Part shown: piece after piece, positions 35,979 through 45,595 of the stretch
Numbering within the stretch: the first letter of the stretch is position 1
How the letters are laid out: each line of letters begins with the position of its first letter
Source: Oscillospiraceae bacterium
GTDB taxonomy: Bacteria > Bacillota > Clostridia > Oscillospirales > Ruminococcaceae
Length of the DNA: 55,528 bases
Reading direction: 5' to 3'
NCBI GenBank assembly: GCA_036667055.1
Contig: JAVWUR010000002.1
Location: 1 to 55,528, forward strand
Position numbers and translations under genes: made by a program
The notes under the pieces: model-generated
The model's database searches: none
What the model was told of the DNA's origin: nothing
Seen by the model: the letters and a program-made list of their open reading frames with translations, nothing else

Positions 35979-36133
35979 AAAGGTAAGGGCAAGAGAATGT
36001 TGGTTTACCCTTTATTTTAAAGGGGATATATGGTAGAATAATAGATAATAACTGAAAAATGGCATAATAAGTAGCAGTTAACCGATTGATGGTTTAATAG
36101 AGAAAAATGAGTATATAAAGGAGTTTGCCGATT

Positions 36134-37243
36134 ATGAAATATTGCAAAAAGTGCACCATGCCCGACACACGGCCGGGGATAGTTTTTGACGAGGAGGGCG
36201 TATGCAGTGCCTGCCGTCACTATGAAAAACGCAAAACAATAGATTGGGACAAACGCTGGAAAGAGTTAGAGGCACTGTGTGATAAATACCGTGGGTGCAA
36301 CGGCGAGGGTCAGTACGATTGTGCCATTGCAGCGTCCGGCGGCAAGGACAGCCATTTCCAAGTGTATATAATGAAAGAGGTTATGAAAATGACCCCTATA
36401 TTGTTCTCTGCGGAGGACAATTTCCCCATGACCGAGGCAGGTAAGCACAACTTGAAAAACATAAGCGAGGAGTTCGGCTGCCCTATAATAAGCTGCAAGC
36501 CCGACATCAAGACCCAGAAAATTTTGATGCGTGCCTGCTTTGAAAAGTATGGCAAGCCCACTTGGTACCTTGACCGCCACATCTACACCTTCCCCTTGCA
36601 CATGGCACTGAAATTTAACACCATGCTGCTTGTGTATGGTGAAAACGTGAGCTATGAATACGGCGGCAGCAGTGACGAGGAAACCTACAGTGCACGAGGA
36701 CAGGTGGAAAATGGAGTGGCAAGCGGAATGGACGAAAAAGAGCTGCTATCCTTTGGGATAGAGCCGTCCGCACTGGCACTGACAAGAGCGCCATCACCGG
36801 AGGATTTAGCACGGCTTGACCCGATGTATCTAAGCTATTTTATGCCGTGGAACAGCTATAAAAACTATCAATTGGCAAAGTCTCGTGGCTTTCACGATTT
36901 GACCCATGAATGGGACAGAACCCACCACGCAGAAAATTTTGACCAGATTGATTCAAGGGCGTACCTTGTTCATTCATGGCTTAAATATCCAAAATTCGGC
37001 CACGCCGCCGCAACGGATTATACCGCACGATACATCAGATACGGTATGCTCACACGCAGCGAGGCGGTGAAGATTATAAGGGAAAAGGACGGTGCTCTTG
37101 ACCCACTTTGCGTTCGGGATTTCTGCGAGTTTTGCGGCTATACGGAAAAGGAATTTTGGGCGATTATCGACAAATTTTACAACAGGGACATCTTTAGAAA
37201 AGACGAGATGGGTCGCTGGGTGTTAAAACAGCCTATAGAATAG
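36134..37243 (+). CDS. N-acetyl sugar amidotransferase (WbuX/WbpG/PseA family, PP-loop ATPase)
   Basis: 369 aa from ATG 36134 (AAAGGAG RBS). N-terminal zinc ribbon CKKCTMPDTRPGIVFDEEGVCSAC, PP-loop SGGKDS, conserved C-terminal FGHAAATDY block. Confidence 0.75.
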   Translation: MKYCKKCTMPDTRPGIVFDEEGVCSACRHYEKRKTIDWDKRWKELEALCDKYRGCNGEGQYDCAIAASGGKDSHFQVYIMKEVMKMTPILFSAEDNFPMTEAGKHNLKNISEEFGCPIISCKPDIKTQKILMRACFEKYGKPTWYLDRHIYTFPLHMALKFNTMLLVYGENVSYEYGGSSDEETYSARGQVENGVASGMDEKELLSFGIEPSALALTRAPSPEDLARLDPMYLSYFMPWNSYKNYQLAKSRGFHDLTHEWDRTHHAENFDQIDSRAYLVHSWLKYPKFGHAAATDYTARYIRYGMLTRSEAVKIIREKDGALDPLCVRDFCEFCGYTEKEFWAIIDKFYNRDIFRKDEMGRWVLKQPIE

Positions 37244-37336
37244 ACAGCGGATAATATAGTATATACAAGCCTATAAAACGTAACAGTAGCACAGCTTAGT
37301 TAGGCAAAAAGCTACTAGAAAATAGAGAGATGGTTT

Positions 37337-38293
37337 ATGAAAAATAAAAGCGTAAAAACTTGGGCGCTTGTCGCCGCCGCAGGGTTTGCTATGGTGTGTG
37401 TGTTCGCTATGGCAACCTCACTTGGCTCTGCGGTGTTTTCCACAGGGGAAATAGCAGCTTCGCCACCACCGGAGGAAAGCTATGCCATCATCAAAATTTA
37501 TGGCACTATTCAGGACAATACCACGGGCACAGCACGTCAGGGCTATGACCACAATGCTTTGATAGAATATATTGACGAGCTTATAGAGGACGAGGGCAAC
37601 AAGGGGATTTTGCTGGATGTGGACAGCCCTGGCGGCACGGTTTATCATTCGGACGAGATGTATCTAAAGCTTATGGAATACAAAGAGAAAACCAAGCGGC
37701 CAATACACGCATACTTTCGCAGCGTTGCCGCAAGCGGTGGGTACTATATCGCAGGGGGCACGGCGGATTATGTTTCGGCAAACCGCAACTGCTGGACAGG
37801 CAGCATTGGGGTTATCATCACCGCCACCAATCTAAAAGGGCTGTACGATAAGCTTGGCATACAAGAGGTGCTAATCACCAGCGGTGCAAACAAGGGCATG
37901 GGCTCACAGGGCTCACAGCTTACCGACGAGCAGCGTGCAATCTATCAAGGCTTAGTGGACGAAAGCTACAACACCTTTGTGGACATTGTGGCAAAGGCGA
38001 GAAATCTTCCCATAGAAAAGGTGAAAACCATTGCAGACGGCAGGGTTTACACCGCCACTCAAGCGGTGGAAAATGGGCTGGTGGACGCCGTGGGCACCTA
38101 CCAAGAGGCACAGGACAAAATGAAGGAGCTTACAGGGGTTGAGGGCTATGAAAAGACCATGTATGTCCCCACTGCTTTTGAAAAATACTTTGCAAAGCTG
38201 CAAGAGATGATGCCAAAGAGCGATGTGCAGGCACTGAGCGACAGCTTGTCGGGGGAGATTTGCGGCGTTCCGCTGTATCTCTACCAAGGATAG
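37337..38293 (+). CDS. sppA: signal peptide peptidase SppA, 36K type (S49 family)
   Basis: 318 aa. N-terminal TM anchor. Blocks LLDVDSPGGTVY, AASGGYYIA and GSIGVI are typical of SppA. Confidence 0.85.
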   Translation: MKNKSVKTWALVAAAGFAMVCVFAMATSLGSAVFSTGEIAASPPPEESYAIIKIYGTIQDNTTGTARQGYDHNALIEYIDELIEDEGNKGILLDVDSPGGTVYHSDEMYLKLMEYKEKTKRPIHAYFRSVAASGGYYIAGGTADYVSANRNCWTGSIGVIITATNLKGLYDKLGIQEVLITSGANKGMGSQGSQLTDEQRAIYQGLVDESYNTFVDIVAKARNLPIEKVKTIADGRVYTATQAVENGLVDAVGTYQEAQDKMKELTGVEGYEKTMYVPTAFEKYFAKLQEMMPKSDVQALSDSLSGEICGVPLYLYQG

Positions 38294-38398
38294 CACAGAA
38301 AAAGGCTGACTATAAAAATAACCAAGGATAGCACAGAAAAAGGCTGACTATAAAAAATAACCAAGGAAAGCACAGAAAAAGGCAGTTATACAAAAATA
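38283..38398 (+). repeat. 38/39-nt tandem repeat, 3 full copies plus a partial fourth that forms the terminator
   Basis: Unit ACCAAGGATAGCACAGAAAAAGGCTGACTATAAAAATA at 38283-38320, 38321-38359 (one extra A) and 38360-38398 (diverged). The first copy includes the last codons and the TAG stop of sppA. Confidence 0.9.
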
Positions 38399-38401
38399 AC
38401 C

Positions 38402-38441
38402 AAGGAAAGCGAAACAGACCCGTCGCTTTCCTTGCTTTTTT
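38402..38441 (+). terminator. intrinsic terminator of sppA, built from the fourth repeat copy
   Basis: Stem AAGGAAAGCG (38402-38411) pairs with CGCTTTCCTT (38424-38433), then GC + T6. Confidence 0.8.
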
Positions 38442-38507
38442 GTTGGAAAACTGATAATATATTAATGTATGTAATATAAATATATTATCATGTATAGGAA
38501 GGCGCAT

Positions 38508-39782
38508 ATGAAAAGGTTTTTAATATTGGTTGCGGTGCTTGCTGTGGTTGCCGGCGTGACGGCAGGGGCGTGCTATTACAGCGCCGATAAAGTTGAAATT
38601 CCCACAAGGATAAAGATAAATATTAATGAAACAGAGCTAGAACCGTCGGGTGTAGATTGGCACATTTCTGTACTGGACGATTTCAAGCTTTTGGGCGGCA
38701 AGATAATTATGCCCAAAAGCCTAAAGGATGGGTGGTCTGTGTCAAAAAGTGTGGCGATAGACCGAGATATCCCCTGTATAAAACCCGAGAGCACCACGGT
38801 CACCACGAAAATTCCCTACCCACATAATATAGTTATAACTGATTCTGAGGGCAAGGAAATTTACCAAGGTGATGCAGACAATATAAACTTTGAACAAAAG
38901 GGCAGGTACAATGGGCGGATAACCATGGATGTGCCTGACGGAGTTTTAGCTAGGGGCAGCGGAGTTGCGGTGTACGATTTTACACTGGATATAAACCCCG
39001 AGATGAAGATTGTTTTTGACCAAAGCAACATAAAACAGGGGGATTTAATTCGGGTAGATGTGGAAAATCTCTTTAAAGAGGACAGTTTGGAGGTCAAGAG
39101 CGACTTTAAAATCTCCGAGATTTCAAGAGAGGGGAACAGGGCGTTTTTCTACCTGCCAATAACCTACTATGCTCCGCCACAGCGGTATAATTTAGATATA
39201 ATAGTAAATGGCGAAAGCTTTTTAAACCGATACGAGGTAAAGAGTGCGCAGTTTACCGAGCTGCATTTTAATGTGGAGGAGGAGGTAACCTCCTCAACGG
39301 TAAATTCGGCGGCGGCAAACCAAGAATACCGAGAGAAGATACACCCACTTTATCACACTCGCAGCGAGGAAAAATATTGGAGCGGTGCTTTTATAAAGCC
39401 GGTGCAGGAGACGAGAATAACCTCCACCTTCGGTCAAAAAAGGTTTGTGAACAACAGCAAAAACCCCGAGCGGCACAGCGGAATAGACTATGCAGCCCCA
39501 AAGGGCACGGAGATTTTTGCCCCAGCGGCAGGCAAGGTGGAATTTGCAGGGTTTTTGCAGCTTTCCGGCAACACCATAGTGCTAGAGCACGGCTTGGGGC
39601 TGAAAAGCTACTTTTTTCATATGAACGATGTGTTTGTCGCAGCAGGGGACATGGTGGCACAGGGGGATAAAATTGGGGAAGTTGGCACAACAGGGTATTC
39701 CACAGGGCCACATTTACACTACCAAGTGAGCATAGAAAATCAGCCGGTAAATCCGGAATGTTTATATAACTTTAGTGAATAG
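38508..39782 (+). CDS. M23 family metallopeptidase with N-terminal membrane anchor
   Basis: Start at ATG 38508 (AGGAAGG RBS). C-terminal LytM/M23 blocks HSGIDYAAPKGTEIFAPAAGKV and GPHLHYQV. Confidence 0.85.
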   Translation: MKRFLILVAVLAVVAGVTAGACYYSADKVEIPTRIKININETELEPSGVDWHISVLDDFKLLGGKIIMPKSLKDGWSVSKSVAIDRDIPCIKPESTTVTTKIPYPHNIVITDSEGKEIYQGDADNINFEQKGRYNGRITMDVPDGVLARGSGVAVYDFTLDINPEMKIVFDQSNIKQGDLIRVDVENLFKEDSLEVKSDFKISEISREGNRAFFYLPITYYAPPQRYNLDIIVNGESFLNRYEVKSAQFTELHFNVEEEVTSSTVNSAAANQEYREKIHPLYHTRSEEKYWSGAFIKPVQETRITSTFGQKRFVNNSKNPERHSGIDYAAPKGTEIFAPAAGKVEFAGFLQLSGNTIVLEHGLGLKSYFFHMNDVFVAAGDMVAQGDKIGEVGTTGYSTGPHLHYQVSIENQPVNPECLYNFSE

Positions 39783-39861
39783 CATAAAATGCCGTATCAT
39801 AGCGGCGATATAAAATACACAATCTCAAGCTATTGGGGTTGACAACAGGGGGAAAAGAAAA

Positions 39862-41076
39862 ATGACACAGACAGAAAAATTAGTATTACAGCAGGGTGAG
39901 AGGCACAACTGTTTCTACCTTTACGATGAAAAGATTATGCTGGAGCGTGCCGAGAATTTAAAGCACAGCTTTGCTGGGGCGCAGCTTTTGTATTCCATAA
40001 AAACCAACCCTCATCCGGACGTTACCAAGGCGCTGTTTAACGAGGGGTTTGGGCTTGATGCCGCAAGCCTTGCAGAGGTTATGATTGGCACTAACAACGG
40101 TCTGCCAAAACAGAAAATTTACTATTCAGCACCGGGCAAAACACGCCGTGACATCGAGGTGGCAATGGACAAAGCTATCATTATAGCCGACAGCCTAAAC
40201 GAGGTTTTTTTGCTCAACACCATTGCAAAGGAGCTTGGGGCGCACCCGAAAATCGGAATAAGAATAAACCCAAATTTCTCCTTCTACACCGACTGTGGGG
40301 CGGCTAACAAGTTTGGCATCGACCAAGACCTGCTGTTTGATAATGTGGAAAGAATAAAAAATCTTTCCAACGTAGAATTTGTTGGAATACACGTTCACTC
40401 AAAAAGCCAAGAGCTTGACCCAGAGAGACTAAAACACTACTATGACAATATGTTTCACCTTGCGGTCACCGTTCAAGAAAAGTTCAAAATGAGCTTGGAG
40501 TTTATAAATTTCGGCGGCGGCTTGGGCATAGATTTCTCCGAAAGTGATATACCACTTGACGTTGAGATGGTGGGAAAAGAGATGCAAAGGTTGATGGCAC
40601 AGTTTAAAGAAAAGCTGCCAAACACACAAATTTTAGTGGAGACAGGGAGATATACTGTGGGTAAAGCCGGAATTTACGCCACAAAGGTACTGGATAAAAA
40701 AGTCTCTCACGGCAAGACTTACATAATATTGGCTAACACTTTAAATGGCTTTGTTCGCCCGGCGATGATAACCATGATAGAGCACTATGTGGGCAAGAGT
40801 GAGGATTCCTTTGAGCCTATGTTCACCAAGAGCGGCGCCTTTCAAATCAAGGTGCTGACAGACAAAACCGAGACGGAAACTGTCACCTTGTGCGGCAACC
40901 TCTGCGCCGGAACGGACGTTATTGCAACGGATATAACCCTGCCACTTATAGAAGTGGGCGACATTTTAACGATAAACAATGCAGGCGCCTATGCGGCGGT
41001 TATGACCCCAATGCAGTTCGCTTCACTCACCCCTCCTGTTCAGCTGTTTTTAACTAAAGGCGGAATAGTGAGATAG
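39862..41076 (+). CDS. PLP-dependent decarboxylase, Orn/DAP/Arg decarboxylase family 2 (substrate not assignable)
   Basis: 404 aa. PLP-lysine block LYSIKTNPHPDV, plus HVHSKSQ, FGGGLGIDF, ETGRYTVG and CGNLCAGTD. Confidence 0.7.
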   Translation: MTQTEKLVLQQGERHNCFYLYDEKIMLERAENLKHSFAGAQLLYSIKTNPHPDVTKALFNEGFGLDAASLAEVMIGTNNGLPKQKIYYSAPGKTRRDIEVAMDKAIIIADSLNEVFLLNTIAKELGAHPKIGIRINPNFSFYTDCGAANKFGIDQDLLFDNVERIKNLSNVEFVGIHVHSKSQELDPERLKHYYDNMFHLAVTVQEKFKMSLEFINFGGGLGIDFSESDIPLDVEMVGKEMQRLMAQFKEKLPNTQILVETGRYTVGKAGIYATKVLDKKVSHGKTYIILANTLNGFVRPAMITMIEHYVGKSEDSFEPMFTKSGAFQIKVLTDKTETETVTLCGNLCAGTDVIATDITLPLIEVGDILTINNAGAYAAVMTPMQFASLTPPVQLFLTKGGIVR

Positions 41077-41233
41077 TTAATGATCAAATTTTGGCGATAG
41101 AGCCATAAAAAACGGCTTGGGCTTTGCAAAAAACAATATAAAAATACGGCTGCCCCAAGGCGAGGGAAAGTGCAGTGCACCGCTTAAAAACTTTCGAGAG
41201 CGACGCTAATTTAAAATTATAAAGGTAAAGTAA

Positions 41234-42313
41234 ATGGATAAAAAGAAGATATTTGCGATAGTGCTGGTTCTGGCACTGGGGTTGTTTTTGGTTTTTGAAA
41301 ACTTTAATTCTCGAAAGGTCGAAAAGGCTCCTCCCGAAACAGGCACGGAGATAGGCACCGCCACTCCAGCCTACCCAAATGGACAAAATGTCACCCTTGT
41401 AGTGCCATGGGCGGCAGGGGGCGTTACCGACATTGCGGCGAGAGGTTTTGCGCAATGCCTTAGCAAGGAGATTGGCACGGCGGTGACGGTGGTGAACACT
41501 CCCGGAGCATCGGGCTATGTTGGCACACAGCAGGCACTGGAAAATAAACCCGATGGCTTGACGCTGATTTTTTCGGCGGAGACACCGGCAACCTTTCGTG
41601 TCATGGGCACAGGAGAAATCAGCTATGAAAAGGATTTGTCGGTAATTCAGCTTATGGTCAGCGATGCCAAGGTGGTGGTGGTGGACAAAACCTCCCCCTA
41701 CAACACCATGGAGGAGCTGGTGGCAGGGATAAGGGAAAACCCCGGCAAAATCACCATGTCCTACACAGGCCCCGGAGCATCCGGACATATACAGGGGCTG
41801 CTGTACAAGCTTGCAGGCCTTGAGATAAATGATGTTCCCCTTGGCAGCGGCAGTGCGGCATTGACGGCGCTTTTCAGCGGCACGGTGGATTTTACCAACG
41901 CAAACCTTGCAACGGTTATCGAGCATATAAAAAGCGGTCAGGTCAAGGTGTTGTCGGTGTTTTCCGATAAGGGCATAGAGGGAGAGTATGGCAGTATTCC
42001 CCCCTTGACAAAAGCCTTGCCGGAGCTAAGCGGCTATATGCCCTTCTATTTTCCCAACTGCATTGCAGTGGATAAGGATGTGCCCCAAGAGACAAAGCAA
42101 GAGATTTTAAACGCCTGTCAACGGGCGACAAACAGCCCTGAATGGAAAGAATTTGCACAGCAAAACGGATATCTATTATTGACGGATGTGACAATGGACA
42201 AGGCGGATAAGTACTGGCAGGAGTGGCAAAGCGTAGTGTCCTACCTGCTATATGACAACGGAGCGGCAAAGGTTAACCCCCAAGAGCTGGGCATAGAAAG
42301 AATATCAAAGTAG
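41234..42313 (+). CDS. tctC: tripartite tricarboxylate transporter substrate-binding protein
   Basis: 359 aa. N-terminal anchor, then VVPWAAGGVTDIAARGFAQ and NTPGASGYVG, typical of the Bug/TctC family. Confidence 0.8.
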   Translation: MDKKKIFAIVLVLALGLFLVFENFNSRKVEKAPPETGTEIGTATPAYPNGQNVTLVVPWAAGGVTDIAARGFAQCLSKEIGTAVTVVNTPGASGYVGTQQALENKPDGLTLIFSAETPATFRVMGTGEISYEKDLSVIQLMVSDAKVVVVDKTSPYNTMEELVAGIRENPGKITMSYTGPGASGHIQGLLYKLAGLEINDVPLGSGSAALTALFSGTVDFTNANLATVIEHIKSGQVKVLSVFSDKGIEGEYGSIPPLTKALPELSGYMPFYFPNCIAVDKDVPQETKQEILNACQRATNSPEWKEFAQQNGYLLLTDVTMDKADKYWQEWQSVVSYLLYDNGAAKVNPQELGIERISK

Positions 42314-42423
42314 TTAATAGTTAGGGGCGGCTGGCAGTTAAATGTCAGCAGTCGGCGGCTATTAATTATTGACGGTTGGCGTTAAAAAGATAATAGCTAT
42401 AGGTTATAGGTAGGGGACGTTAT

Positions 42424-42837
42424 ATGAAAAAAGCTATTAAGGCAAGCCCATTTGTGGCAGCCTGTGGGGCGCTGCTTTTGGCGTACTCTTTTTTATATCT
42501 CAAGGGCGATGAAAGCTGGGGGCAATCCCCGGCTTTGTTTTGCGTAGTTTGCGGCGGAGCACTGTTAGTGCTGTCTATGGTGGTAAGGGATAAAAAAGCT
42601 GTCCCTGTAAAGTTCGAAAAGCTGGAAAAGCACAAGCTGTTGGTGCTGGTGGCGGCAACCATAGGCTACTGCGCTCTGTTAGGTCGGGTGCATTTTGTCA
42701 TAATAACAGCGGCGTTTTTATTTATATTAAGCTGTCTAATGGAAAAAAAGGGGATTACAGACAGCGTTATCTATGCAATATTTATCTCGTTTTTAGTCTA
42801 CTTTGTCTTTAGCATGGGCTTTGGGATAGGGTTGTAG
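42424..42837 (+). CDS. tctB: tripartite tricarboxylate transporter small membrane subunit
   Basis: 137 aa, 4 TM segments. Assigned by its position between tctC and tctA. Confidence 0.65.
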   Translation: MKKAIKASPFVAACGALLLAYSFLYLKGDESWGQSPALFCVVCGGALLVLSMVVRDKKAVPVKFEKLEKHKLLVLVAATIGYCALLGRVHFVIITAAFLFILSCLMEKKGITDSVIYAIFISFLVYFVFSMGFGIGL

Positions 42838-42916
42838 ATAAGGGCGCTGTTATATATTAATTGTATAGGGCGGCAGATTTTAGTTTATTTTAAAAATTAT
42901 TTTAGAGAGGGAAAAG

Positions 42917-44374
42917 ATGGACATAGCTTTTGTGCTGCTGGTGGTGGCAGGGTCATTTTTAGGTCTGGTTGTGGGAGCACTTCCGGGGCTTTCTGTGACC
43001 ATGGCAACCGCAATTTTAGTTAGTTTAACCTACACTTGGCAGACGAAAAATGCCATTGCGTTGATAATGGGGGTCTATGTGGTGGGGGTGTTTTCCGGAG
43101 CGGTGAGCGCCATACTCATAAATATCCCCGGAGCGCCTAGCAGCGTAGCCACGGTTTTAGACGGCTACCCTATGGCTAAAAACGGACGGGCGGCGCTTGC
43201 GCTTAACACCGCTACCATCTACAGCTTTATTGGCACCATCATAGGCTTTGGGGCGCTGTGGCTCTTTGCAAAGCCCATAAGCGCCTTGGCGGTAAAGTTT
43301 TCGGTGCTGGACTATCTTTTGCTTGGGGTACTGGGATTACTTTCCGCCACCGCTGTGGGAAGCGAAAACAAGGCGAAGGGGCTAGTTAGCGGCATTTTAG
43401 GCTTGGTGCTCAGCTGTGTTGGAATGGACGGAATTTTTGGCACACAGCGGCTCACCTTTAACCTGTCAATGCTAAAGGGCGGCATCTCTACCGTCACAGC
43501 GCTGATAGGTCTGTTCGGTCTGTCGGAGGTGCTATGGCAGGTGGCATTTAAAAGCGGCGGCGGGGTCATGCAGCAGGCGAAGGAGGAAAAATTTTCTCTC
43601 AAAGAGATACTGTCCCATTACAAATTGGGGATAGTCAGCAGCCTTATAGGGGTTGTGGTGGGTGCACTGCCCGGTGCAGGAGGGCCTGTCGCTTCTTTAA
43701 TAGCGTACAGCCATGCAAAAAATGGCATCAAGAAAAATTCCGTGCCCTTTGGGCAGGGCGCAGTAGAGGGAATTGTGGCGAGCGAAAGCGCCAACAACGC
43801 CTGTATTGGCGGAGCGCTTATACCCATGCTCACCTTGGGAATACCGGGAGACGCTGTTACAGCCGTGGTACTAAGCGTTTTAATTCTTCATGGGGTAAAG
43901 CCGGGGCCCTTTATGATAAGCCAAAACCCACAGCTATTTTCCGGAATAATCGCAGGCGGATTGATAGGTGCAGTTGCGGTGCTAGTCATGGGGCTGCTGT
44001 TCAATAGACCTTTGGCAGGGCTTTTAAAGCTGGACAGAGGGCTTATGCTGCCCATAATTACCCTATTGTGCATAGTGGGAGCTTACAGCGTGTCGGGGAA
44101 TATAAACGATGTGTGGCTGATGTTGATTTTCGGGTGCATGGGCTTTGGAATGAAACTGTATAAATATCCAATTGCCCCGTTAGTGCTAGGGCTGGTTTTA
44201 GGGCAGATGTGCGACTTAAATCTCCGCCGAACGGTGACGATATGGTCGGCGCAGGGTGGGATAGTTGGGCTGGTTTTAAAAAGACCAATAACCATGGTGC
44301 TGTTTGGGCTGATTTTTATAAGCTTATATTTTATCCTAAAGTCTAGCATCACCTCAAGGGGTGAAAAAAGATGA
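42917..44374 (+). CDS. tctA: tripartite tricarboxylate transporter large permease
   Basis: 485 aa, polytopic. GALPGLSVTMATAIL and LGIPGDAVTAVVL blocks typical of TctA. Confidence 0.85.
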   Translation: MDIAFVLLVVAGSFLGLVVGALPGLSVTMATAILVSLTYTWQTKNAIALIMGVYVVGVFSGAVSAILINIPGAPSSVATVLDGYPMAKNGRAALALNTATIYSFIGTIIGFGALWLFAKPISALAVKFSVLDYLLLGVLGLLSATAVGSENKAKGLVSGILGLVLSCVGMDGIFGTQRLTFNLSMLKGGISTVTALIGLFGLSEVLWQVAFKSGGGVMQQAKEEKFSLKEILSHYKLGIVSSLIGVVVGALPGAGGPVASLIAYSHAKNGIKKNSVPFGQGAVEGIVASESANNACIGGALIPMLTLGIPGDAVTAVVLSVLILHGVKPGPFMISQNPQLFSGIIAGGLIGAVAVLVMGLLFNRPLAGLLKLDRGLMLPIITLLCIVGAYSVSGNINDVWLMLIFGCMGFGMKLYKYPIAPLVLGLVLGQMCDLNLRRTVTIWSAQGGIVGLVLKRPITMVLFGLIFISLYFILKSSITSRGEKR

Positions 44375-45576
44375 AGGAACGCAAGATACTCCACTGTGAC
44401 TGCAATAGCTTTTTTGCCTCGGTGGAGCTGCTCGCCTACCCCGAAATAAAGGACAAGCCGGTGGCGGTTGGGGGCAGCGAGGAGACACGCCATGGGATAG
44501 TTTTAGCAAAAAATGAGGCGGCAAAAAAGCTGGGAATAAAAACCGCAGAGCCGATATCGAGAGCCAGAGAAAAGTGTCATGACTTGATAGTGCTCCCCCC
44601 TCACCATGATAAATATGAGCATTACAGCCGTATAATAAATGAAATTTACGGCAGCTACACCGACTTAGTAGAGCCTTTTGGCATCGATGAAAGCTGGCTG
44701 GATGTGACAAATTCCTACCAACTTTTCGCCCAAAGCGCCGCCGAGCTAGCGGACATGATACGCAAGCGTGTCTACTATGAGACGGGTCTTACATTGTCTA
44801 TAGGCGTAAGCTTCAACAAAATTTTTGCAAAGCTTGGCAGCGACTACAAAAAGCCCGATGCCACAACGGTCATCTCTCCCGAAAACTATAAGGATATAGT
44901 GTACCCGTTGCCGGTAGAGTCCTTAATCTATGTTGGAAAAACCACCCAGACGGCGCTAAATGCCATGGGGATCTTCACAATAGGACAGCTTGGGGCAAAA
45001 TCTCGAGAGTTTTTAGAGGATAGGCTGGGAAAACATGGGGGAGAGCTGTATCTTTTTGCAAATGGTCTTGAAGAAAGCGCAGTTTTGCCGTATAATGCAA
45101 AAAGAGAGTATAAATCTGTGGGCAGCGGAAACACTTTTTTCCGTGACCTTTGCGGGCAGGAGGATATAAAACCGGCGCTGATGGTGCTTAGCGAGGATGT
45201 TGGTATGCGCCTTAGACGCTATGGTCTGTTCGCAAATGGGGTGCAGATAACTATAAAAACTCCGGAATTTACCAGCTTTACACGGCAGTGCAGAATACCC
45301 TCGTCAAATGTCACCACCACAATTTACCATATGGCGCTAAAGCTCTTTTTGGATAATTGGAATATAAAAAAAGAGGTGCGTGCCTTGACGGTGACCGCCA
45401 TTGATTTGACTAAAGAAAAGCTTGCAAAGCAGACAAGTATGTTTGAAACGCCCATGGCAGACGGCAGCGAAAAAGCGGAAAATCTCCAAGCAGCTATAGA
45501 CAAAATAAGGGGAAAATTTGGGGATGGGGCGGTGACTAACGCCGCCATAATCAAGACGGATATATTTAAAACTTAG
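44371..45576 (+). CDS. dinB: DNA polymerase IV (Y-family translesion polymerase)
   Basis: 401 aa. Blocks ILHCDCNSFFASVE, VAVGG and GIDESWLDVT. The ATG overlaps the tctA stop (ATGA at 44371-44374). Confidence 0.9.
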   Translation: MKERKILHCDCNSFFASVELLAYPEIKDKPVAVGGSEETRHGIVLAKNEAAKKLGIKTAEPISRAREKCHDLIVLPPHHDKYEHYSRIINEIYGSYTDLVEPFGIDESWLDVTNSYQLFAQSAAELADMIRKRVYYETGLTLSIGVSFNKIFAKLGSDYKKPDATTVISPENYKDIVYPLPVESLIYVGKTTQTALNAMGIFTIGQLGAKSREFLEDRLGKHGGELYLFANGLEESAVLPYNAKREYKSVGSGNTFFRDLCGQEDIKPALMVLSEDVGMRLRRYGLFANGVQITIKTPEFTSFTRQCRIPSSNVTTTIYHMALKLFLDNWNIKKEVRALTVTAIDLTKEKLAKQTSMFETPMADGSEKAENLQAAIDKIRGKFGDGAVTNAAIIKTDIFKT

Positions 45577-45595
45577 AGAAGTAGGGTGGTACATT

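Noticed and set aside
38310-38507. 65-aa minus-strand ORF with repeated FPWLF segments
   Set aside because: It is generated by the 38/39-nt repeat downstream of sppA and runs through the sppA terminator.
41084-41926. 280-aa ORF on the minus strand
   Set aside because: It lies entirely antisense to the well-supported tctC gene. Its product is Cys/Arg/His-rich low-complexity sequence with no RBS or recognisable motif. I treat it as a shadow ORF.
44220-44371. LexA/SOS box upstream of dinB
   Set aside because: No CGAAC-N4-GTTCG-like palindrome was seen, and the region is coding sequence of tctA.
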